From: Rhizaria sp. SCN 62-66
Lineage: Eukaryota
Assembly (NCBI GenBank): GCA_001724265.1
Contig: MEDY01000141.1
Location: 1 to 64,000 of the forward strand
Direction of reading: 5' to 3'
DNA: 64,000 nucleotides
Below, piece by piece: positions 27,201-37,723 of this stretch (positions are counted from its first letter, which is position 1; every line of letters starts with the position of its first letter). The position numbers and the translations under genes were made by a program. The notes beneath the pieces were generated by a model. That model worked only from the letters and a program-made list of their open reading frames with translations, had not been told where the DNA came from and did no database searches.

Positions 27201-30200
27201 GAACTGCGTGGCAGTGTACAGAAACTTAACACCAAGCGATGAAGACGAAAACTTATTAACAACCGAGTTTGTAGGGAAGACAGTGCTAACAGACGTCAGC
27301 AACGACAGCCCTGCGCAGGCAGGCTAAACGGACACAGAAACGGCAGTCGGAGAAAGCGCGCGAAGTGGGTAGGCGTTGTAAATATAGATGTTGACCTCAA
27401 GTGTAACGTAATGCTCGTTACGCCCGTAGTCAGCAGCATACGCGCGCTTGCTCTGCACCATGTATGAGAAGAAGTCACTGGTGTTTGCTGGCCGCATGTT
27501 GATGACATTTAATGATGGCACTTTCTTGCTCTGATAAGCAAGTGAATAAAGCTTAATAGCAGTGCTTGGCAGCACAAAAGGATCACCAGGGGTTGCGAGA
27601 GCGCTGTTGGTAAGTGAAAGAAGCCCCATATTTTGAAGTGTACATGTAATTACGGAATCGCCGCCTGAATATGTTACGGTCGTTGTTTTAAACGTAAATG
27701 TGCTCTGTGAACGCGAAACGAGAGTGCATCCACTGCCGCTGACAACATTGACGGACGTAAAGTCGACTGCGTTACTAGTAAACGCAAACTGCGAACTCGA
27801 TGTCAGAGTGTCGTCAGTGACGACGTTAAAAGTGCCCGTCGCTGAAGCGGCAGCAATGTCAGGCAAGCCCGATGTGGGGGCCAGTGTAAGCGACACAGGC
27901 GTGTATGAAAAGCGCGATGAGATTGTGCGCGTAAAACTGACATCGTTGATTGCGGTTCGCATTACGGTGCCTTGTACTGTCGTAAAGCAATTGAATGGCA
28001 ACACCATGTTGCTGAGAACTGAACTAAGAGCAGTCCCGTGATCGAGTGTTAACGCAGCGGAAAATCGGTACTTAAACGGCGTCGCTGGCCGCGGTAGGCA
28101 TGCCACTGGCGGATCAACGTAGAGTGAGTTGTACGCTGCGCACTCAGTTGACAGCTCGGGATTTACGACGCCGATCGGATTGCTAAAGTCCAACGAGACG
28201 CCAGCACACACTGGATTTGTTGATAGGATCACGAGAGTTTTGTTGAGAGGAACACTTTTCGTATAGCTCCGATACAAAAAGTAAATATCAATGCTGGCCA
28301 CGGTGCGGTTTGGCGACATAAAAAATTGCGAAGACGTTGTCACAATAAATGGTTGGACAACTGAATCAGCAACGTCATAGTCGGAAATTCCCGACAGCGA
28401 CGGCACAACAGTCCTTGCAGAGGTACTTGGTGTACGCACAGCATCCGATGAAACAGTTGTGGTGCTAATTGCATAGTTTGTACTAGAATATACAACGACT
28501 CCGTATGGAAACCGACAAGTCCCACAAATTTGCATGACGTGGACAGCCATGTACGCCGTGGTGGAGCCGCCAGAGATTGCACAGGTGACTGAAATAATCG
28601 GGTTTACGCCGGTGGTGACTACAGGCGCGGACACGTTACAGTTTGGATGTGGATATTGCTGGGGGAGTATAGTATCGCTCTCAACAGTTGACACAGCAAC
28701 GTGGTCGTTCGCGTCCAAATAGTCGATGACGCTGTACGGGATCTGGAAAGACACCATCATTGCGGTCGTGCGCCTAAAGCTGATAATAGAATGACTGTGC
28801 GCGCCGGTACGGTAGATATTAGCAGCGGAAATGTTAGGATATTCACCAACAACGACCGAGCTCGACGATGTTTGCAGATCAAAATAGCTATTTTGCAACC
28901 TGACAATTACTACAGGCTCGGCGTCAGTCATAGTCACATCAGAAAAGTCGGTATTGACAGCCAGCGCATCCGCCTGTGGAGGCGTTGTTGCAACAGCACT
29001 TACACCGGCACTTGCAAGCGACACTGCAAGCAGCGCATCGTATTGCGCAAGCGTGACTGTGACGGGGCCAAACCGGAGCACGCGCGGGGTAAACACACCG
29101 GGGGCATCGGCAGTCACAGCGGCACAACCCGAGAATTCGAGGCTCTGTACGGTCAAAGGCGTTACTGTCGTGCACGAAAAAGACTGTCCTGTCACAAGCA
29201 CGGTTGCGTCCGTAAAGCTAAATAACGACGCCAGTACAGACGAAGACAGCACGAGGCGGAAGCCCCAGTTGGCGGGCAGCGCGGCGTGGGCAAAGATTGT
29301 GATCTAGAATGACAGATTCCACGGAAAACTCATAATCGCAAGCTTGTCGCGTGTCCGTGTGTCGCCCCCTGGCATCCGAATCGCATAAGGCGCAAACTGC
29401 ACGTCGTACAGCTGCGTTTGAGCGGTCGTCGTCGCAGTCACAGAGCGCGCCGGCGCAGCGGTGGCGGCCGAAGCAAAAGACATCACGAGGCAGTCTGCGG
29501 GAGCGGCAATGCTGCTGGTGGCAACGGCAACAGAAATGGTCGTATCAGTGCTCACGACAGCCATCGCGCTGCTGCGGACAAGCGTGCCCGTGGCACCTGA
29601 GATTATTGTTACGTCAGAGCAAACAGAGCTAAACGTGTACGTCTCGTTGACAGAGGCTGGCGCAGTAGGGTACACATATGCGCGCAGCTCATAAGCGTAC
29701 TGGCGCGCGCTGTTTGTAACCGCGCGCCGCACGCGCCGCAACAGCGACAGAGGTCGCCAGTGGAAAACAGGGGCCGGACCGCTCGGGGGCGGGCTCAGCG
29801 CAAGGCTGCCGGCCGCGTCCACGACCGTAGCGCTGCTTTCGAGCGAGAGACGCAGCGCGCCTGGGACAAGTGTGTACAGCGTTGGCAGCGCTGCAGAGCC
29901 GACAACAGCGGTGAGCCTCAGTCCGGTGAGGATGCATTTGACTGCAGTGGCGCTGGCAACAATGCGCGTGACTTCGATGTGCACGGAGCTGTTTGTGGCT
30001 GTGATGAGCGCGCAGTCAGACCCGCCGGCAGCGGCGGCGTCGGCGGCTGACACGGTTTGCGCGGCGGAGAGGTCCAAGCCAGCAAACGCGCCCTCGGAGC
30101 GGAACATGAGCTGTACTCCGCGGACTAGCACCGCGCCGGGGGAGATGGAAAGCCGTCCCGTTGCCACAACCACAAGCGTTGTTGCAGAAGAGAGATCGGC

Positions 30201-31923
30201 GCCAGGCGTGATCGTGAGCGCCAGAGGTGTGTAGCTGAACGAGGACGTCACATCAGCAATGACGCCACTAACAGTGCTCGCGGCGTTCATCGTGGTCGCA
30301 AACACGGCGCTGCTGTTATCAACTGCAACGCGCACCAACACTGCGTTTGCGGGCATCGCCGCGCCGGGCAGCGCTGTTGTGCTGCCGAAGAGGCCGGTCA
30401 GCTGCAGTTCAAGGCTGTTGCCAGTCGCCGCAGCGAGGGCGCCACAGGGGCAGCGGGCGCTCAGCACGGTGTCCCCGGTCAGCGTTACATTGCAGCCGGC
30501 GTTGGCAACTGCCGCGGAGGCCGCGAAGGCCAGCGGCGCGGTGGCGGCAAGGCGCAGCGTAATGACAGCATGTGTGCCGAAAGTGCACAGCGCTTCGGGC
30601 ACGGCGCTGCCGCGCCACGTGCGCAACACCGCAGTGAATAGCGAATTCGCCGCGTCGACCGCGGTGGCCGTGAGGAGAGTCAGCGACAGCGCGGTTTGCT
30701 CGTCCGTGAGCGCCGCCGTGTACGCCGCCGTCGCGCTGCCGCAGCCGAGGTATTGATAGCGCGTGGCAGACGTGACGCGGTCCTGCAGCGCGGGCCGCAC
30801 GCTGAGAGTGAGCGTGTCGGCGCTCTCACCATCGGCAAGAGCCGCGGGCGCGGGGATGCGAAACCACAGCGACATCGGCGTGTTCTGCGCAAAAACCACG
30901 TCTGTGAACGCGGCGCCGAGGTTAAGTGCAAACACCGCGCTGGCGCCGTTGTCGAGCGCGTTCACGGCGGTAACATCGGCGACCGCGTCAGACATGGCTC
31001 CAGGCAACACTGGTGCGGAGAAGGGCAGTGAAACGCTGCCCGGCGCAACAGCGGCGAGTAGTGAGACCGAGCCCGCGCGCACGGCTGTCAGCGAAAGCAC
31101 AAGGCGCAGCGCGGGCGCGGTGTTGAAGCTGGCGCGAACGAAGTCCTGTAGTCGCGTGAGCGCGGCGGTGTCCCAGTCCGACAGCGCGACGTGCACAAGC
31201 AGCGTGTTGGCGTCGCTGGCGACGCGTGTGACGGCGAGCGCGGCGCGGTAAAGCGGACGCGTGACGAGCGTGGGTGCTGCTGTGAGCGCAACGGTCCCGT
31301 CGAGGCGCAAGTACTGCGTGGCGAGGGACACGAGTGCGGGGCGCCAGAGAGCGTCGGTCGAGGAAGAGCAGCCAGGCAAGGGCGCCGTGTCGCGAGTCAA
31401 CGCAGAGGTCGTCCAAGCGCCCACGGGAAAAGACGCGGGGGGCGCGGTATCGAACGCAGACGCGGAGCTAAGAGTTGAGCATTTGAGAAAATACGATTAT
31501 TAATGTGAGTATCAGCGAGTTGTACATGTGTGTTATATTTCATTAATTTTAAGTTGTGCAAGATGTTAAGACGTACCAGCTGCTAATGGTGATAGAAGTG
31601 GCCCCGGAGGCAACAGTCGCGCACGGAGTCTCCGCGGCGCGGACTGCAAGCGCGAGGTACGCGGCGGCGGGCGCCACGAAGGTGATATTGGTCGCACTCA
31701 TCGCGATCGCAGACGCCGCACATAGCGCGGTATCCAAGCACGTGACGGCAACGTCAACGTCGAAGATGATGGTGCGCGAGGCGGCCACCACGCTCGGGGC
31801 CGAGTCGTACACGGTCATCACGGTGGACAACACGCGGAAGCCTTGGAGTGTCGCCGTCGTCACGGCGGTGGCAGTGGCGGGCGAAGTGAGAGTGAGCACA
31901 CTCAGCAGCGCAGCAAAGAACAT
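240..31923 (-). CDS. Giant (~10,524 aa) signal-peptide-bearing multi-pass membrane/adhesion-type protein. Exon 1 31923-31577, exon 2 31467-240, with three in-frame TAG codons read through (29304-29306, 27324-27326, 24285-24287)
   Basis: ATG at 31923 starts a hydrophobic signal peptide (MFFAALLSVLTLTSPATA). A phase-2 intron (31576-31468) joins it in frame to ORF 29304..31424. ORFs 29304..31424, 27324..29252, 24285..27302 and 240..24206 share one frame and are separated only by single TAG codons. The gene ends at TAA 240-242. Spliced length is 31575 nt = 10525 codons. Domain order: ~750-aa repeats, beta-propeller-like segments, Cys-paired Ig-like repeats, 8 Sushi/CCP, calcium-binding EGF, IPT/TIG, CxxC (GCC2/GCC3-like) repeats, TM bundle. 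Confidence 0.8.
930..4290 (-). other. C-terminal multi-pass transmembrane region of the giant protein, split by a long Ser/Pro-rich low-complexity insert (~3900-1620)
   Basis: Hydrophobic helices (VAYLIMIATFAAAVVVCGVL, FWVTSIGIMFLPLMGLLLPMLFF, FFVVTLGLPMLIFWVVGIPFFAWYML and others). The motif FLYRGYKPKRYYWFLVEMARKACLV resembles the TM tails of large protist adhesion-like proteins. Confidence 0.75.
4930..5930 (-). other. IPT/TIG-like domains followed by CxxC repeats (GCC2/GCC3, ephrin-receptor-like)
   Basis: TIG-like: LTVSGSGF...ISGRQC...CRLPAGTG and LVLRGENFG...IGGLLC...CYTPG. Repeats: CPPGQH, CAPGTA, CIAGFY, CPVGTY, CPRGTF, CAPGTF, CPLGA. Confidence 0.7.
6745..8640 (-). repeat. Eight tandem Sushi/CCP (SCR) domains plus one calcium-binding EGF domain
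   Basis: Eight repeats of C...Y/F-x-C-x-x-G...C...G-x-W...P-x-C (e.g. YEYGCESGFTLNG..CTAGGWSSVTAPLC; AVYTCETGFILSG..CTASGTWLPASPTC), then DIDEC...CVNTFGSYVC. Confidence 0.85.
8650..12800 (-). repeat. About 10-11 tandem ~110-aa beta-rich (Ig-like) units, each with a Cys pair
   Basis: Recurring C-x-F-like motif (PPCTFS, DACAFA, GVCAFR, AQCTFA, SDCVFE, GMCGFT, PVCAFR, AACTFA) with a second Cys ~25-35 aa later, at roughly regular spacing. Confidence 0.55.
13280..16500 (-). other. Two beta-propeller-like (WD40/YVTN-like) segments in the ectodomain of the giant protein
   Basis: Blade-like strings: YAITVAPDETTLFVNVDNRRILVI, ITVTAAALHKPTGEFYVATKEGLI, VATLAVHPTGQMLMYSC, IVSMAYSQHGAYLAV. Confidence 0.5.
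21000..31460 (-). repeat. Four to five diverged tandem ~725-775-aa protein repeat units at the N-terminus of the giant protein
   Basis: A landmark motif recurs about every 2.2-2.3 kb: YLRLDGTV (~31305), PRVLRFGPV (~29075), PRVLRIGPV (~26750), PVSLRFGPV (~24512), PRTLRFSATV (~22338). Other recurring motifs: DPFVLPSTAIKL / DPYVLRTSAVTL / DPFKMLASAMRL and INMRPAN / LNLRPAS / LELRPTN. Confidence 0.75.
31468..31576 (-). other. Spliceosomal intron (109 nt, phase 2) of the giant gene
   Basis: Minus-strand donor TG|GTACGT, AT-rich body, acceptor CTCTTAG|C. Splicing gives ...ITISSCSASAFDT... in frame. Confidence 0.85.
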
Positions 31924-34315
31924 GATAGCAGAGAGAGAAAAGACTCGGCAATACGCAGAAGGCCGCGCTGCCGCCAAGGAAAACCGCCAGTTCATGGAGC
32001 AAAGAAGCCAGGACGGGTTGGCTCAGTGCAAAAGCAAGACCAGAAAATCGGACAGTAACCAATCAGTGTGAGATCGCGCAAGCGTAAACCCCGCTAAAGC
32101 GCAGAAAACCAAAGGATTTGCTTTGCCGAGTGTGTATATAGAGCGAAAGACCGAGCTAACTAGCGTCCAGTGTGGGGACGGCGGCGTGCTCGGGCAACGG
32201 TTTGGGCAACGGTTTGAAAAAGCTGCTCTCGGGAGCTGTTTCCAACACTATACGTCATAAAACGCAAAAGTCAACATGGTGAAAAAAAGTTATGTAAGCG
32301 GTAATATTGTAAAAAAAAGTTTAAATTCAGCATCTTGCAGATTTAAGGCATGGCACCCGATGGCAGATGTCCTAGATGAAGTGCGGTGAGATATTTGAAT
32401 TTTGAATATTGAAGCTAAAATCTCACTGTCAGTCAATCGTCACTAAGGTTATAAATATCATAAATAGATATTACCATAGATGAATTAATTTAACAAAAGA
32501 GATGGAGGAAGAAAAACCGATAATATCATGTTGAAAAATTGTCATATTCAAATTGGACGATCGTTCCTCTGGGCTCGCTCCCGGTTATATGGCTGATCGA
32601 AACAATCGACATGCCCCAACGCCGACTGATCGCAAAGAGGTTCGTGTACAGTTGAGCGGCGGCGAGTTACAGGTTTCGGTGCCATATGTGAGCTGTCCAA
32701 CAAAAGCTATATATATGGGCCACAATTGTATGTTCACTTAGTCACCGTTTTGTTTCTACGTATAATGCTGCCCTGTCCTATCTAAAGGCAATGTGGAGTC
32801 TCCTCGAGGCGTTCCTTCCGCCAAGGATAGATATAAGCATATGATTGCGTCTCAAAAATGAGTGCATCGTTATTAAATTGTGAAAAATAAATACGCGGGT
32901 TACCAAACATTTTTTCAACCCGACTCTTTCTCGGACGTCTTTGCAGCCTTGTGAGACCTGGGTCGGCTTCAGATCGCGTTCGCAGACCAGAAAACAAATC
33001 AGTATGATATGCGTTGAAAACATTGTTTCATAACATTCCGTGCGGTAAAAGCACGCAAAACTGTTGAATTATGGTATTCACTTGCACTACTGCGAATAGT
33101 TGCCTAAAAGCGTCATATACTTGCCGTTACAGTCAATCGAAGATTTGCACTCTCCTTCCCGGTGAACATGGAGGTTGGGAATGCTAGTCTATTTATTTGA
33201 CGATGCAGACGATGAAAATGATCGCAGCTGCAAAATTTGGTTTTGCCGCATTGCTTTTGACTATACAACGGATGATTAATTGTTCCTGGCGATTTTTTCA
33301 CGCAGAAATCTGATTTGTTATCGTCTTGACATGGGAGCAGCGACCAAATAATCTTAGTGCAAAACAGTCCTGTGACAAACAACGGCATTCTCTGCTCGCA
33401 AATTTTAAATACCATTCAATTCTTCAGTTAAGATTTGCATTTTTGACCTCTTCCATGTTTTATCACCAAAGTCGGCATCTATTCTTGTGGGTAACTCCCC
33501 ACTGAAGCACTGATCTGTGAAGAGATTCCTGAATATTACTACCTAAGGTCGATTTAATACTCATTGTCAACGCAAAATTACTTGATTAATGCAGAAATTG
33601 TGATTTTTCATACTTATTGGTGTGCGCTTTTGCTGCTGATTTCCACGTTCTTATCCCCCTGATGTATGGATGAAAAAGCTTTCGATCGTCATTTATTCGA
33701 TTGCCTAAAGTCGATTGCCTAAAGTTAGATGAGCTGAAGATTACTGTAAAGCCTTGCTGACGCGGGAATTTTCGCACTTTTCAGTTTCGCCCAGGATACA
33801 AAGCACAGTTTATTGAGAGGCATGCAAACAATTTCAGAGCTCTATTGTTTTTATTTCGATTTAGCACCGACGGACAGACAACACATGTTTATGAAGACGG
33901 GTGCTTCGTCATCGCTCTTCGTCATTGTGAAGAACGCACACAGTAAGTACACACCTCTACTCTAGAGGGGTTTATATGTAGCAATCAATCACGCCAACAA
34001 TCATGGATACAGGAAGACTTCGCACAGATACATATTTTAGCAACCAATACTAATTTTCACAGGAGCAGATCCAGAAACCACAGTAACTGAACAACAAAAC
34101 ACAGTTGCTACACGTTAATCTCGAGTCATATACGTCCGGATATACAAGCTACATGACATGCTATCGCAAGCAATATACTCTCGCCACCATCTCCGTATTC
34201 ATCAATTAGAGAGACATACAGTGCAACCATCCCCATTTGGAGAGGGCTTAAACTATTCTGTTCATACGAGGACAAGCACGCGTTCTCGTGCACACTCACG
34301 CGTTACGCTGCCCAC

Positions 34316-35398
34316 TCACGCGGGCCCCATGACAAAGCCGGCGACGGCAAAGACGAGGAACAGCGCCCCGCCGATGGCGTTGACAGCGCGTTCGCTGATA
34401 CGCGAGGCGAGAAGTTTGCCACCCACGACCGCAAGTCCCGTACACATGGCGTGTCCGATGAACGAGCCCAGTGTCACGCCGTACGGGTTCTTGCTCGCGG
34501 CCATGGCGATGGTGGAGATCTGCGACCGGTCGCCCCACTCGGCGAGAAAGGTCATTGTGAAACACTGGATCATGATGGGGGTGAGACACCGGCGCAGAGA
34601 GAGCTGGACAGATGAAGCCAGACCCGGCACCATGTCTTTCTTGAGGGCCTCGCCGGCCTCGACGTCGCCGGCGTCGTGCTCGGCCGCGGCGGACTTAAGC
34701 GCCTGCATCTCGCAGTCATCATCGTCGTCGTTGTCGCGCGCGCTGATCACGTTGCCCTTACCACTGCTGCCACCACTGCTGTTTGAATGGGCACTTTGTT
34801 TCGCAGCGGCGAGCTCCTCCTCAACCTCCTGCATCTCCTCGGCCGCGGCGCCGCCCTCCGAGGTAAGCACGGTGTGCAGCAGCTTGACGCCGAAGACGAC
34901 AAAGAGCACACACGACGCGAGATGCGTGTATTGCTTCGGGAGCAGCGCCGGGAGCGTCATACCCAGCCCGACGGACAGCACCGTCATCACTGCCAGCGCG
35001 GCGCCCGCAGAGAGGAAGATGGCGCGGCGCGAGTGCGACATGGCGAGGATGGCGGCAATAAAAAACGTCTTGTCGCCGAGCTCGGACACGAGGATCATGG
35101 CCCAGGTGGACATGAAGGCCTCGATGAAGCCGGGCATGACGAGTCCGGCTCCAGCGGGGTCGGCCGCGCCCGAGTCGACCACGGGCGGCAGCAGCGCCAC
35201 GGGCATTGTCAGCGCGGTCGACGGCAATGCAGGCGCAGCGGCGGCGGCCACAGTGGAGCCGATAACCGCGGCGTTGGGGTTGTCCGCGCCGAGGTTCGCG
35301 CTGGCGAGGATAGGGGTGACGGTGAGTAGCGCGAGCGAGACGGCGCTGAGCAGCAGCGCCAGCGCAGGGCGCGCGCGGGACACGGGCGGGGAAGGCAT
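34316..35398 (-). CDS. GDT1: GDT1/TMEM165 (UPF0016) Ca2+/Mn2+ transporter
   Basis: Two UPF0016 signature motifs (SELGDKTFF and AEWGDRSQI) with flanking TM helices and an acidic loop. Likely start MPSPPVSRARPALALLL at 35398 (the ORF extends to 35512). Stop TGA. Confidence 0.92.
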   Translation of the reverse strand: MPSPPVSRARPALALLLSAVSLALLTVTPILASANLGADNPNAAVIGSTVAAAAAPALPSTALTMPVALLPPVVDSGAADPAGAGLVMPGFIEAFMSTWAMILVSELGDKTFFIAAILAMSHSRRAIFLSAGAALAVMTVLSVGLGMTLPALLPKQYTHLASCVLFVVFGVKLLHTVLTSEGGAAAEEMQEVEEELAAAKQSAHSNSSGGSSGKGNVISARDNDDDDDCEMQALKSAAAEHDAGDVEAGEALKKDMVPGLASSVQLSLRRCLTPIMIQCFTMTFLAEWGDRSQISTIAMAASKNPYGVTLGSFIGHAMCTGLAVVGGKLLASRISERAVNAIGGALFLVFAVAGFVMGPA

Positions 35399-35974
35399 GC
35401 GTGCGGCGAAAGAGGTGCTGGAGTTGGCGGGAGAGTTGCGGGTGAAAGAGCTGTCGTTGCGGGGTGCCAGCAGAAGTGAGAGAGAGAGTTGAGCAGGCAC
35501 ATGATTCGTCATCGGGCGCTGTGTTACACACGAGAATACACGTTAGGGGCGTAGGGTTACAGTCCAAGGTTTATGTAATTCAATTCAAAAAGAAGTTAAG
35601 TAAACGACACAGGAGCGCACAGCGATGACAGCGATGTGTTAATGACGCATTCATGTGATTTCTTTAGCTTGCCTCATCCCTCTCGAAGCCGAGGAGGCAT
35701 CGCAGTGGGTCGGCTTGAACTCGACATGACGGCTGTATCGAAAACAACTGTATCTAAGTGAAAATACCGCCCGTGGAATCAAGTTTTGCGTTTCTGTACT
35801 ATTTAGCGATTCTATTGTATTTATTGAAATAGTTACTTTGAAACCTCCACGTTGATGCATGTACTTTGTGGAGCGTGGACCTGTCTCATTGCCCGACGAC
35901 GTATCTCCTTGTGCCGTCCCTCTCTTCCGCTCTGTTCCATCTATTAAACAACTTTTCTGCGCCCTAGACTTCAC

Positions 35975-37723
35975 ATGAAGTTTTCCGCCACGCTGTTACT
36001 GCTGGTGGTATGCGCAGCCGCGTTCTCCGCGCTCGCTTGTACGGTCGTTTACGTCGGCCCCGAGGCCTCGACCACTGGCTCGTCTTTCATCGGCCACTCG
36101 TCCGACGGCGGCGCGACCACTGACCCTCGCCTCGTGTGGATCGAGGGCCGCGCGACCGGCGGGCCCCGGCCCATCTACCCGTCTCCCGAGTCGTACCCGC
36201 GTTACGTGGGCTACGCGCGCGGCGCGGAGCCGTACTTCCCGCTCCCCGGGCAGGCCGAGACTGAACCCATCGGCCACATCCCCCAACCCTACGACTTCAG
36301 TCACCCGTACCTCGAGGAAACCTACGGCGCCGCGAACCCCTACATCGGTGTCGCCGAGGCCACGTGTTCTGCGGTGTATGTCGCCACCCCCGTCAACGAG
36401 GGCGGCAGCGCGCTGCTCTCGATCGACGAGCTCTCGCGTATCGCAATGGAGCGCACGAAGACGGCTACTTGCGCGGTCAACATGATGGGCGAGTTGGCCG
36501 TCAAGTACGGTTTCTACGGGCCCGGATCGTTCGAAGGCTCCGGCGAGTCGCTCATCGTTGCCGACACCAAAGAGGGCTGGATCTTCCACGTTTTGCCCGA
36601 TTCGACCGGCAAGAGCGCTATCTGGGCCGCGCAGCGCATCCCGGCCAACCACGTCGCTGTGATCGCCAACATGTTCACCATCCGCAACATCGATCTCACC
36701 GACACCACGGGCGCTAACTTCCTCTTCTCCCCCACGCTCGCCTCACACGCGCGCCTCCGCAACTGCTCCTCGGCGGCCTCGGACGACACCGTCAAGAGCG
36801 TCGATTTCGCCGGCTGCTTCAGCAACGGCGAGTACGCGCACAAGTACTACTCTGGCCGCCGCGTGTGGCGCGCGTACGATCTTCTTGCGCCGCAGCTTAA
36901 GCTCTCGCCGACGTACACCAACTTGCTCACCGATGCGCCGTACCCGGTCTCGGCGCCGCCCGCGGAGAAGGTCTCTCTCGAGCGCGTGTTCTCGCTGTAC
37001 CGCGATTACCTCCAGGGCACGGAGTTTGATCTCACCACCGGGCTTGCTTCGGGCCCCTTTGGCACCCCGGACCGCTACACTGGTGGCGAGGGCGAGCGAT
37101 CGTTCAAAAACGGATGGTGGGAGCGTCCCATCGGTCTTTTCCGCACTTCCGACACGTACGTGGTAGAGTTCCGCCCTACTGCACCCGCCGAGATGGCTGT
37201 CGTGCTGTGGTTCGGCCCCCATGCCGCGCACGGGACCGTGTTTACGCCGTTCCTCGCGTCCGCGAGCTCCGTGCCCGACTCGTATTCGTACGGCCACCAG
37301 AAGACGTTCAACCGCACGACGGCCTTCTGGGCGCACCGCTACGTGCTGAACCTTGCGCAGATGAAGTTCGGGTACATAATCGAGGACATCAAGCTCGCGC
37401 AGACCGCGCAGGAGCATTACCTCGTGCAGAAGCTCGAGGAGGCCACCGCGGCGGTCAAGGCGCGCGCTGTGTCGGTTTACGATGCCGCCAAGGACCTCAA
37501 GTTCCGCGCGACCGAGGTCGTCGCTGCGTGGTGGAAGCTGGCTGATGACCTCATGTTTAAGTACGCGGATGGCTTCGTCTCTGACGAGTCGCGCTTTGGC
37601 AAGAGTGTCGGGTACCCCAAGTGGTGGCTCGACGAGGTCGGCTACTCCAAGACTGAGGGCGTCACCGCCGCTGGCGCTGCGACTGGCGAGCAGCAGTATT
37701 ATCCCCGCGCGCCCAACGTCTAA
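35975..37723 (+). CDS. Secreted peptidase family C69 (dipeptidase/secernin-like, Ntn-hydrolase)
   Basis: Signal peptide followed by CTVVYVG...GSSFIGHSSD (N-terminal nucleophile Cys). Also ELSRIAMER, GESLIVAD..EGWIFHV, WAAQRIP..HVAVIANMFTIR, YSGRRVWR, WERPI. Stop TAA. Confidence 0.88.
   Translation: MKFSATLLLLVVCAAAFSALACTVVYVGPEASTTGSSFIGHSSDGGATTDPRLVWIEGRATGGPRPIYPSPESYPRYVGYARGAEPYFPLPGQAETEPIGHIPQPYDFSHPYLEETYGAANPYIGVAEATCSAVYVATPVNEGGSALLSIDELSRIAMERTKTATCAVNMMGELAVKYGFYGPGSFEGSGESLIVADTKEGWIFHVLPDSTGKSAIWAAQRIPANHVAVIANMFTIRNIDLTDTTGANFLFSPTLASHARLRNCSSAASDDTVKSVDFAGCFSNGEYAHKYYSGRRVWRAYDLLAPQLKLSPTYTNLLTDAPYPVSAPPAEKVSLERVFSLYRDYLQGTEFDLTTGLASGPFGTPDRYTGGEGERSFKNGWWERPIGLFRTSDTYVVEFRPTAPAEMAVVLWFGPHAAHGTVFTPFLASASSVPDSYSYGHQKTFNRTTAFWAHRYVLNLAQMKFGYIIEDIKLAQTAQEHYLVQKLEEATAAVKARAVSVYDAAKDLKFRATEVVAAWWKLADDLMFKYADGFVSDESRFGKSVGYPKWWLDEVGYSKTEGVTAAGAATGEQQYYPRAPNV

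Noticed and set aside
24285-29306. In-frame TAGs as acceptors of tiny in-frame introns
   Set aside because: There is no GTACG-type donor nearby. At 29304 the nearest upstream GTs give 10, 19 or 26 nt, which are frameshifting. Removing sequence would also delete residues conserved in the sister repeats.
24285-29306. A-to-I editing (UAG->Trp), Leu reassignment or pyrrolysine
   Set aside because: Aligned positions are polar (E/E/H, K/T/S, T/T), not Trp or hydrophobic. No pyl genes are visible and the context is eukaryotic.
32000-34150. Short ORFs and small direct repeats in the AT-rich spacer (GGGCAACGGTTT x2 near 32192; CGATTGCCTAAAGT x2 near 33698)
   Set aside because: The ORFs lack the coding style of real genes. 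Two-copy 12-14 bp duplications are not CRISPR arrays or element ends. No tRNA or transposon signature is recognisable.
34290-34320. GDT1 TGA as part of a GTGAGT intron donor or as a read-through codon
   Set aside because: The protein is already complete after its last TM helix, and the donor does not match the local GTACG consensus.
32958-35716. Shared 11-mer TGGGTCGGCTT in two spacers (~32958 and ~35706)
   Set aside because: There are only two copies and they do not extend, so this could be chance.
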